Below are positions 15,007 through 21,779 of a stretch of DNA of 24,000 nt, in pieces (position 1 is the stretch's first letter; every line of letters starts with the position of its first letter). The stretch lies in the NCBI RefSeq assembly GCF_042656125.1, contig NZ_JBHSOC010000006.1; one strand, written 5' to 3'. This DNA comes from Kitasatospora cinereorecta. Its GTDB lineage: Bacteria > Actinomycetota > Actinomycetes > Streptomycetales > Streptomycetaceae. The translations under genes and the position numbers were made by a program. The notes under the pieces were generated by a model. The model was not told the origin of the DNA, searched no databases, and saw only the letters and a list, made by a program, of their open reading frames with translations.

Positions 15007-15995
15007 CCAACCAGATCGTGAAGGCGCTGGAAGAGGGCGCCCAGAAGATCGGCAAGACCCTCGCCGAGGACGCCGGCAAGGCCGTCAAGGACCTCTACCA
15101 CTCGGCCGGCGACAACCTGAAGAAGGTCGCCCACAACACCCGCGAGGCCGACCGCCACCACGAGGGCGAACTCAAGCGGATCCTCGGCGGCGGCTCCAAG
15201 AACGGCCCGCACGGCCCCGGCACCCCGCGCAGCCCGCACGGCCCGGCGGGCGAGGGCGGCAAGAAGAAGTACTTCATCCACGACGACGGCCGCGTCCAGG
15301 AGCTGCGCAACGGCAAGCTCCACGACCTGGACCCCAAGGACGGGTCCGGCATCCACACGCTGCTCGACTCCTCGAAGAAGGACCACGTCAAGGACCCGAC
15401 CGAGAAGGACATGCGGTCGACCTACCACGCCCGCAAGAACAAGAAGAACCCGAGCGAGAAGGTCTCCAGCGAGAAGATCGACTCGCCGACCGAGCTGTCC
15501 CACGCGGTCGAGGAGGCCCGCCGCGCCAAGGGCGACTACGGCGGCACCAACTACGCCTCCCTGCACTACAAGGACGCCGACGGCAAGGAGTTCGTGCTGG
15601 TCGGGCAGAGCGGCGACCTGCGCAGCCACTCCGAACGCTCGATCGGCAAGCCGCTGCTCGGCGGGCGCGAGGGCAACGTCCAGGAGCTGTACACCGAACG
15701 GGCGCCCTGCCAGAAGGACGCCAACTGCGAACGCTGGCTGGCCAGGCACTTCGAACCGCACAACGACGACATGAAGGTCAGCCACGGCGTCGACTACAAC
15801 AGCAGCCTCCCCAAGGAGGAGCGCGACTGGGGCCACAAGGCCTACCTCGACCAGCTCAAGCAGGACCACGCGGCCGGCAGCCACGGCGGCACCATGGGCT
15901 CCCACGACTTCGACGCGAAGGGGCAGGAGAACATGGAAGCCGCCGAGGCCAGGCGGCAGGAACGGGCCGCCAAGCGGGCCCGCAAGGGTCTGTAG
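15003..15995 (+). CDS. Polymorphic-toxin-type protein with a C-terminal zinc-dependent nucleic-acid deaminase domain (SCP1.201/DddA-like or YwqJ-like clade)
   Basis: ATG 15003 overlaps the upstream stop (ATGA, 15003-15006). The first 170 codons of track ORF 14493..15995 are an out-of-frame overlap with the previous gene. The protein has a helical N-terminus, a Gly/Pro linker, and a Lys-rich middle. The C-terminus reads YASLHYKDADGKEFVLVGQSGDLRSHSERSIGK...ELYTERAPCQKDANCERWLARHF, i.e. HxE (15627-15635) and PCx5C (15705-15728), the deaminase zinc/catalytic signature. Confidence 0.65.
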   Translation: MTNQIVKALEEGAQKIGKTLAEDAGKAVKDLYHSAGDNLKKVAHNTREADRHHEGELKRILGGGSKNGPHGPGTPRSPHGPAGEGGKKKYFIHDDGRVQELRNGKLHDLDPKDGSGIHTLLDSSKKDHVKDPTEKDMRSTYHARKNKKNPSEKVSSEKIDSPTELSHAVEEARRAKGDYGGTNYASLHYKDADGKEFVLVGQSGDLRSHSERSIGKPLLGGREGNVQELYTERAPCQKDANCERWLARHFEPHNDDMKVSHGVDYNSSLPKEERDWGHKAYLDQLKQDHAAGSHGGTMGSHDFDAKGQENMEAAEARRQERAAKRARKGL

Positions 15996-16027
15996 AGTCC
16001 ATGGCGCCGGAAGCGGAGGAGTGACGG

Positions 16028-16591
16028 ATGCTGGTGCAGATCGACTGGAGCGTGGTCTCCGGGGAACACGTCCCGGCGGGCGGGATGCTGCGGCTCCGCA
16101 AGGAGGCGGCGGCCCGGATCTGGTCCGACGAGGACGCGGCGCGGTTCGCCGTCGAGGTCGGCGTGCCGCACTCGAACGGCCTCTTCCGGATCGTCGCCGA
16201 ACTGGCCGAACGCGACCCGGCGAGCCCCGACTGGGCCTTCGTCGAGCCGTACGAGGGCGGCCGGGTCGACACCCCGCACGGACCGCTCCAGCAACTCGGC
16301 GAGGTCTACCAGTCGCTGGTGTACGTCCACCACGGCGACGGCACGGTCTGGATCTCCGACCCGGACTCCGAGGTCGAGTACGAGCTGGTCCACCGGGACC
16401 TGTCCTCGTTCGCGTACCTGGTCTACAAGATCGCCGCGGAGAAGCCCCGCCCCGAGGAGGACCCCGACCCGTTCGACTGGGCCGACGCCGAGGAGATCAT
16501 CCGCGAGGACACCACCGCCTGGGACCCGCTGCCCTTCGAGAGCGGCGCCCACTTCTGGGAGATGTACCTGGAGTCCTACCCGATGCTCTGA
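16028..16591 (+). CDS. SUKH-4-like immunity protein candidate
   Basis: GGAGGAG RBS, starting 32 nt after the toxin stop. An acidic 187-aa protein. The core DGTVWISDPDSEVEYELVHRDLSSFAYLVYKI ... AWDPLPFESGAHFWEMYLESY aligns by eye with the N-terminal domain of the next gene (GAEFYLAPDRTVRAVLLGVDVPEMPVSSGLDRFAAGLLLL ... LDPWAFEEREAWWPRVLDDL) and with my recollection of SUKH-4 proteins. Confidence 0.55.
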   Translation: MLVQIDWSVVSGEHVPAGGMLRLRKEAAARIWSDEDAARFAVEVGVPHSNGLFRIVAELAERDPASPDWAFVEPYEGGRVDTPHGPLQQLGEVYQSLVYVHHGDGTVWISDPDSEVEYELVHRDLSSFAYLVYKIAAEKPRPEEDPDPFDWADAEEIIREDTTAWDPLPFESGAHFWEMYLESYPML

Positions 16592-16724
16592 GCCGCGGCG
16601 CGGACCTGGTCGGACGCGAGGGCACGGCGGCCCGGGACCCGCTGCCCCGCGGCGGTGGGGGCGGTTCCGGGCGGGGTACCTTGAGGACAATCCGATGCTC
16701 TGGTGAAGGGACGAGTGCGCGCTG

Positions 16725-17558
16725 ATGAGTGATGACCTTTCCGCCGCGCTGGTGGCGCACTTCGGCGAGCGCGGCCTGCGAAGCCTGGAGTTCGCGCCCG
16801 AGGGGCCGCTGCGCAGCCCCGGGCTGCCGCTGCAGGTGGGGCCGTACTTCTTCGCGGCCGAGGCGTCGGATCCGCTGTCGCTCGGCCAGTACGCGGCCGG
16901 GCTCGGGACCGACGCCGGGCCGATGGCCGGTCAGCTGCGGATCGGGACGGACCGGGGCGCGGAGTTCTACCTGGCGCCGGACCGTACGGTGCGGGCCGTG
17001 CTGCTGGGGGTGGACGTCCCCGAGATGCCGGTCAGCTCCGGCCTGGACAGGTTCGCCGCCGGGCTGCTGCTGCTCGACCGGAACCTGCCCGCGCTGGCCT
17101 CGGCCGACGCTGACGACGCGTTCGCCGCGTACCTGCGGCTGCGGCAGGGGCTGCTGGAGCTGGACCCGTGGGCGTTCGAGGAGCGGGAGGCGTGGTGGCC
17201 GCGGGTGCTGGACGACCTGCGGCGGCCGCTGAACGTGGCGTCCTCGGCGGCGTTCGAGTACCTCGACGCGCAGGGGGCCAAGCAGATCGCGACCGAGTTC
17301 GGCGGGCCGGGCCTGCCGCACCCGGAGGAGCTGCTGTGGCACCGCCTGCGCGCGGAGGGCGTTGAACCCGAGCAGGTCACCGCGGTGTACTGCGAGCTGG
17401 AGCCGTGCCTGATGCCGGGTCACTACTGCGCGCTGTGGCTGGCGCAGACCTTCCCGGAGGCCGCGTTCACCCACCGCTTCGACTACGGCGAGAGCGCGGA
17501 GTCCCGGGAGGACGGGATCAAGGCGCTCATGATCAGCTTGGCCGAGCAGCAGAGCTGA
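16725..17558 (+). CDS. SUKH-4-like domain fused to a deaminase domain paralogous to the upstream toxin
   Basis: Residues 1-165 are SUKH-4-like (see previous entry). Residues ~170-260 read AFEYLDAQGAKQIATEFGGPGLPHPEELLWHRL...AVYCELEPCLMPGHYCALWLAQTF...HRFDYG. They align position-for-position with the toxin's SLHYKDADGKEFVLVGQSGDLRSHSERSIG...ELYTERAPCQKDANCERWLARHF...HGVDYN. HxE is at 17319-17327 and PCx6C at 17403-17429. Confidence 0.65.
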   Translation: MSDDLSAALVAHFGERGLRSLEFAPEGPLRSPGLPLQVGPYFFAAEASDPLSLGQYAAGLGTDAGPMAGQLRIGTDRGAEFYLAPDRTVRAVLLGVDVPEMPVSSGLDRFAAGLLLLDRNLPALASADADDAFAAYLRLRQGLLELDPWAFEEREAWWPRVLDDLRRPLNVASSAAFEYLDAQGAKQIATEFGGPGLPHPEELLWHRLRAEGVEPEQVTAVYCELEPCLMPGHYCALWLAQTFPEAAFTHRFDYGESAESREDGIKALMISLAEQQS

Positions 17559-17645
17559 GCGGTCGGGGCCGAGCGGCCGGGCCGAGCAGGCAGACGAGAA
17601 CGACGAGCGCGGCGGGACGGCCGTACGGCGGGGGAGGGCGTGAGC

Positions 17646-19436
17646 ATGACTGAGGGCGGGTGGCGGATTCCGGCGCTGGGAGCCGGGCGGCGACCGGCGG
17701 GTCTGGCGCTCTTCGGATGGCTGGACGACCCACGGGCACCCCGGCTGTGCCGGGTGGCGGGCTCCGCGGGGTCGGGCAAGTCGCACCTGCTGGCGTGGCT
17801 GGTGCAGGCCGGGACGACCGAGGAGACTCCGGGCGACCGGCGGGTGCACGCGGTGCTGCCGGCGGCCGGGGCGAGCCTGCGGGCCGTGGTCTGGTCGCTG
17901 GGGCAGCAGTTGGGCGTGGTGGCGCACCGGCCCGGGCCGCTGCTGGAGGTGCTGGCCGCCGACGAGCGGCGCACCGTGCTGTGCGTGCCCGAGCTCGACC
18001 TCGCCGCCGAACCGCAGCGGCTGGTCGAGGAACTGCTCGACCCGATGCTGCGCCTGCCGCACGTCCGGCTGGTGGTGGAGGCCGCCACCGGCGGCGCTGC
18101 CGCGTCGGCGTTCACGGCGGTCGCGGACCCGGCCGTGCTCGACCTGGACGAGCCGCAGTGGACCGACCGGGAGCGCTTCGCCGCCTGGGCCGCCACCGCG
18201 GGCGCCGACCCGGAGGGCTTCCCGCACCCCGGCCGGTCGCTCGGCCGGGCCGCGCCGCCGCCCCCGGCGAGCGCACCGGAGCTGATCGCCCTGGTCGCCC
18301 GCACCCCCGAGGGCAAGCTCGACCTGCGTGCGGCCGGCGAGGACCTGCTCACCGAACTGTGGACCGCCGCCGCCCGGATCGGCGACCTCGGCCCGCTGGC
18401 CGCCGACCCGCTGCTCTGGGCGCTGGCCCGGCCGGTCGCCGTGACGGCCGCCGTCGAGGGCCGCGACGACGCCCTGGCCCGGCCGTGGGACGCGGTCGGC
18501 CCCGCCCTGGCCGAGGAGCCCGACCCGGCGGTGCGCGCCGCCGTGCTGCGCACCCGGCTGCTGGGCACCGACCCCGCCGCGGCGGCCGCACTGCCCACCA
18601 CCGGCGGCCGCTGGGTCGCCCGCTGGGCGCAGTGGTCGGACGGCCGGACGGACCCGGTGGCCGCGGTCGGCGCACTCACCGTCGGCGCCGGCGAGTACGT
18701 CGCGCAGCTGCTGGTGACCGACCCGACCGGTGCGGTGCGCACCCTGGACGCCGCCACCGGCCGCCGGCTCGGCACCGTGGTGCTGCCCGCGCCGCGGCCG
18801 TGGCGCGGGCTCGCGGTCACCTCGGCCGGCGCCGTGGTGCTGCTCGACGGGTACGGCGGCGCCGAACTGGTGGCGCCGACCGAGCAGCGGCCCGGACTGG
18901 AGCCGTACGCGCTCCAGGAGGCGCTGGACGAGATCGCCGCCGAGGCGGCCGAACTCACCGCGGTGGCCGCCGTCGGCCGGCTCCCGAAGGCCGCGCCGGC
19001 CTTCGGCGACGCGGCCGGGGTGGTGCACTGGTACCAGGACGGCCTGGTGGAGAGCGAGCGGCTGCACCGCGGCGCGGTCACCGCCCTCGCCGGTACGGCG
19101 CTGGCCGCCGAGGGCCGGGCCGACCCGGAGATCCCGCTGCTGGCCAGCGGTGGCCTGGACGGCGCGGTGCGCCTGTGGGGCCCCGGCACCGTGCCCATGA
19201 ACCAGCCGATCGACCTGCACCCCCACCCGGTCACCGCGGTGGCGGTCGGCACCACGGCGGCCGGGCCGGTGGTGGCCGCCGCCTGGGCCGACGGGCTGGT
19301 CCGGCTGCGCCACCTGAACGGCGACACCGACGTCCTCGACCTGCGGGTCGGCCCGGAGGTGCACGCCCTGGCGATGGTCGGCAACCTGCTGGTGGTCGGC
19401 ACCCCGGACGGCGTCGCCGCGATCGACACCCACTGA
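17646..19436 (+). CDS. P-loop NTPase (STAND/NACHT-like) with C-terminal WD40-type beta-propeller repeats
   Basis: I prefer ATG 17646 (GGAGG 8 nt upstream) over GTG 17640. Walker A is GSAGSGKS (17760-17783) and a Walker-B-like RTVLCVPELD follows. An Ala/Pro-rich helical middle comes next. The C-terminal repeats include a canonical WD unit HRGAVTALAG...PLLASGGLDGAVRLWGP, then HPHPVTAVAV...AAAWADGLVRLRHL and VHALAMVGNLLVVGTPDGVAAIDTH. Confidence 0.7.
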   Translation: MTEGGWRIPALGAGRRPAGLALFGWLDDPRAPRLCRVAGSAGSGKSHLLAWLVQAGTTEETPGDRRVHAVLPAAGASLRAVVWSLGQQLGVVAHRPGPLLEVLAADERRTVLCVPELDLAAEPQRLVEELLDPMLRLPHVRLVVEAATGGAAASAFTAVADPAVLDLDEPQWTDRERFAAWAATAGADPEGFPHPGRSLGRAAPPPPASAPELIALVARTPEGKLDLRAAGEDLLTELWTAAARIGDLGPLAADPLLWALARPVAVTAAVEGRDDALARPWDAVGPALAEEPDPAVRAAVLRTRLLGTDPAAAAALPTTGGRWVARWAQWSDGRTDPVAAVGALTVGAGEYVAQLLVTDPTGAVRTLDAATGRRLGTVVLPAPRPWRGLAVTSAGAVVLLDGYGGAELVAPTEQRPGLEPYALQEALDEIAAEAAELTAVAAVGRLPKAAPAFGDAAGVVHWYQDGLVESERLHRGAVTALAGTALAAEGRADPEIPLLASGGLDGAVRLWGPGTVPMNQPIDLHPHPVTAVAVGTTAAGPVVAAAWADGLVRLRHLNGDTDVLDLRVGPEVHALAMVGNLLVVGTPDGVAAIDTH

Positions 19437-19492
19437 CGCCCCCGGACGGGAGGCTCCGACCGGCGTGGTCCGCCGATCCGTGCGATGATCGA

Positions 19493-19506
19493 AAAGAATT
19501 TTCTTT
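19493..19506. promoter_or_regulatory. AT-rich inverted repeat AAAGAA-TT-TTCTTT upstream of marR (candidate operator/promoter element)
   Basis: This is the lowest-GC stretch of the window (19485-19535: gatgatcgaaaagaattttctttagcgagagtaatgacataggctaaggacc). 6-bp arms with a 2-bp spacer. A TAGGCT -10-like hexamer and an AAGGA RBS follow before ATG 19536. Confidence 0.35.
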
Positions 19507-19535
19507 AGCGAGAGTAATGACATAGGCTAAGGACC

Positions 19536-19970
19536 ATGCCCGAGATGTCCGAGGACGACCTGGCGGCCATCAGCCAGCTCAGATCGTCCGCGATGCGCCT
19601 CGCCCGCCGGTTGCGACACCAGCGGGTCGAGGAGTCGCTGAGCCCCACCGAAATGGGGGTGCTCGGCACGCTTGCCCGCTGCGGCAGAGCCACGCCTGGC
19701 GAACTCGCCAGGAAGGAGCACGTCCAGCCGCCGTCGATGACCAGAATCATCGCGATGCTGGAGGAGAAGGGACTGGTACGGCGCGAGCCGCACCCCGAGG
19801 ACCGCCGACAGGTGGTCGTCAGCAGTACCGAGCAGGCGGAGACGATCCTCAACGAGAGTCGCCGCCGACGGAACGCCTGGCTGGCCGAACTGGCCGAAGG
19901 GCTCACCGACGAGGAGTGGGCCGTCCTGCGCGACGCCGCCCCCGTGCTCTACAAGCTCGCCCACCTCTGA
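19536..19970 (+). CDS. MarR-family transcriptional regulator
   Basis: LSPTEMGVLGTLARCGRATPGELARKEHVQPPSMTRIIAMLEEKGLVRREPHPEDRRQVVVSST is the canonical MarR winged-helix with the DRR wing motif. Confidence 0.9.
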   Translation: MPEMSEDDLAAISQLRSSAMRLARRLRHQRVEESLSPTEMGVLGTLARCGRATPGELARKEHVQPPSMTRIIAMLEEKGLVRREPHPEDRRQVVVSSTEQAETILNESRRRRNAWLAELAEGLTDEEWAVLRDAAPVLYKLAHL

Positions 19971-20113
19971 GCCCGCCCCACCGGCGGGCTCGCCTCCGGC
20001 CAGGACAGTTTCGGGAACGTCAGAAGGAGTACCGCATCACCGCAGGCCCGACAGCAGAAACACGCAGCGCGGCGGCAGCACGGAGTGCCGCCGCGCGCCG
20101 AGGGGAGACCACC

Positions 20114-21604
20114 GTGACACCGCCGGCCGCAGCCGTTGCCGCCGCCAACCGCACCTACGACTCCACCACCGAGCCGGCAGCATCCACCGCTGCCACCGCC
20201 GAGAGCCAGGCGCCCGCCCCCGTGGGCCTGCCCGGCACCGGCGACGACGACCCCGACGAACGCACCGCGGCGGCCCGACCCGCCGCTCCGACGGGTGGCA
20301 GGTTCACCCGCCCCGGAGGAATGTTCTCCTCCCTCCGGATCCGCAACTACCGCTACTACTTCGCCGGCCAGGTGGTCTCCAACACCGGCACCTGGATGCA
20401 GCGCATCGCCCAGGACTGGCTGGTCCTGAGCCTGACCGGCAGCCCCTTCGCCGTCGGCGTCACCACCGCCATGCAGTTCCTCCCGATGCTGCTGCTCGGC
20501 CTGTGGGGCGGCGTCCTCGCCGACCGCCTGCCCAAGCGGCGCCTGCTGGTCGCCACCCAGGGCGCCATGGGCCTGCTCGCCGCCGGACTCGCCGTACTGA
20601 CCGTCACCGGCCTGGTCACCGCCGGCCACGTGTACGTCTTCGCCCTGTTGCTCGGCCTGGTCACGGTGGTCGACAACCCGACCCGGCAGGCCTTCGTCAG
20701 CGAGATGGTGCCCGGCAAGGACCTGGCCAACGCCGTCAGCCTGAACGCCGCCAACTTCCAGACCGCCCGGCTCGTCGGCCCCGCCGTCGCCGGCCTGCTG
20801 ATCGCCGCCGTCGGCAGCGGCTGGGCCTTCGCCGTCAACGCGCTGTCCTTCGCCGCCGTCATCGGCGGACTGCTCGCCATGCGGGAGAGCGAACTGCGGC
20901 CTACTGCGCCGATCGCGCGCAGCAAGGGCCAGCTGCGCGACGGCCTGCGGTACGTCAAGGAACGCCCCGAACTGCTCTGGCCGATGGTCCTGGCCGGCTT
21001 CATCGGCACCTTCGGGTTCAACTTCCCCACCCTGCTCGCCGGCTTCGCCCACGACACCTTCAAGGTCGGCGCGGGCGAGTACGGGCTGCTCAACACCGCG
21101 ATGGCGGTCGGCTCGCTGGCCGGCGCCCTGCTCGCCGCCCGGCGCGGGGCCCCGCGCATGCGGGGACTGGTCGGCGCCGCGATCGCCTTCGGCGCGCTGG
21201 AGGTGCTCGCCGCGTTCGCGCCCGGGTACTGGACCTTCGCGATCCTGCTCACCCTGATCGGCGTGTTCGGGCTGACCTTCAACACCTCCGTCAACTCGGC
21301 GCTGCAACTCGCCACCGACCCCGAGATGCGGGGACGGGTGATGGGACTGCTGGTACTCGTCTTCACCGGCGGCACCCCGATCGGCGCCCCCGTCGTCGGC
21401 TGGGTCACCGCCACCTACGGACCCCGCTTCGGCCTGCTCGCCTGCGGCCTCGTCTCCGCCGCGGCCGCCGGTACCGTCGCGCTCGTCCTCGCCCGCGCGG
21501 CCGACCTGCGACTCGCCTTCGACCGCCACCCGGCACGCCGCGGACGGGTCTTCGCCGTCGTCCCGCGCCACGCCAACCCGAGCGCGCTGGCCCAGGCCTG
21601 CTAG
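20114..21604 (+). CDS. MFS transporter (EntS/MFS_3-like)
   Basis: Track ORF 19916..21604 overlaps marR. I prefer GTG 20114 (GGGGAG 6 nt upstream); ATG 20321 (MFSSLRIRNYRYYFAGQ...) is the alternative. LRIRNYRYYFAGQVVSNTGTWMQRIAQDWLVL is the typical N-terminus of this MFS subfamily, and there are about 12 hydrophobic segments. The Ala/Pro/Thr-rich leader is low complexity if translated. Confidence 0.85.
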   Translation: MTPPAAAVAAANRTYDSTTEPAASTAATAESQAPAPVGLPGTGDDDPDERTAAARPAAPTGGRFTRPGGMFSSLRIRNYRYYFAGQVVSNTGTWMQRIAQDWLVLSLTGSPFAVGVTTAMQFLPMLLLGLWGGVLADRLPKRRLLVATQGAMGLLAAGLAVLTVTGLVTAGHVYVFALLLGLVTVVDNPTRQAFVSEMVPGKDLANAVSLNAANFQTARLVGPAVAGLLIAAVGSGWAFAVNALSFAAVIGGLLAMRESELRPTAPIARSKGQLRDGLRYVKERPELLWPMVLAGFIGTFGFNFPTLLAGFAHDTFKVGAGEYGLLNTAMAVGSLAGALLAARRGAPRMRGLVGAAIAFGALEVLAAFAPGYWTFAILLTLIGVFGLTFNTSVNSALQLATDPEMRGRVMGLLVLVFTGGTPIGAPVVGWVTATYGPRFGLLACGLVSAAAAGTVALVLARAADLRLAFDRHPARRGRVFAVVPRHANPSALAQAC

Positions 21605-21619
21605 TCCTGGTTCCTCCAC

Positions 21620-21766
21620 CAGGGGCTCGGGGAACTGCGAGGCCGACCACGGGTCCGGCGAGACCGACGAGGTCGGCCAACCCTTGTTCAGGGGCGCGAG
21701 GAACTGCGCGCCAGACCATCCCTCTACGTGAGCGGGTGGCTGGTCGCGCAGTTCCTCGCGCCCCTG
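21620..21766. repeat. Cluster of three copies of a 22-bp GC-rich motif, two forming a perfect inverted repeat (REP/MITE-like intergenic element)
   Basis: CAGGGGCGCGAGGAACTGCGCG (21689-21710) and its exact reverse complement (21745-21766) flank a 34-nt spacer. A third, direct copy CAGGGGCTCGGGGAACTGCGAG (21620-21641) has 3 mismatches. A small 8-bp hairpin GGCCGACC/GGTCGGCC (21641-21648 / 21671-21678) lies between them. Confidence 0.85.
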
Positions 21767-21779
21767 CTTTGATGGGCGC

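Noticed and set aside
14281-19436. Umbrella-toxin (UmbA/B/C) or Rhs/YD-repeat type Streptomyces toxin locus
   Set aside because: There is no large ALF-repeat or Rhs-repeat protein, and no trypsin-like lectin gene. The toxin is small (330 aa) and preceded by a WXG100-like helical protein instead.
16497-19523. 1008-aa minus-strand ORF, the longest in the track
   Set aside because: The composition (Arg/Gly/Pro/Gln-rich, repetitive) is typical of antisense translation. The + strand frames carry recognisable SUKH-like, deaminase, Walker A and WD40 motifs with proper RBSs.
17660-19525. 621-aa + strand ORF overlapping the NTPase-WD40 gene in another frame
   Set aside because: An extreme Arg/Gly/Pro/Ala polymer-like sequence (RRRGGR runs). 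It is an out-of-frame shadow of the real gene at 17646..19436.
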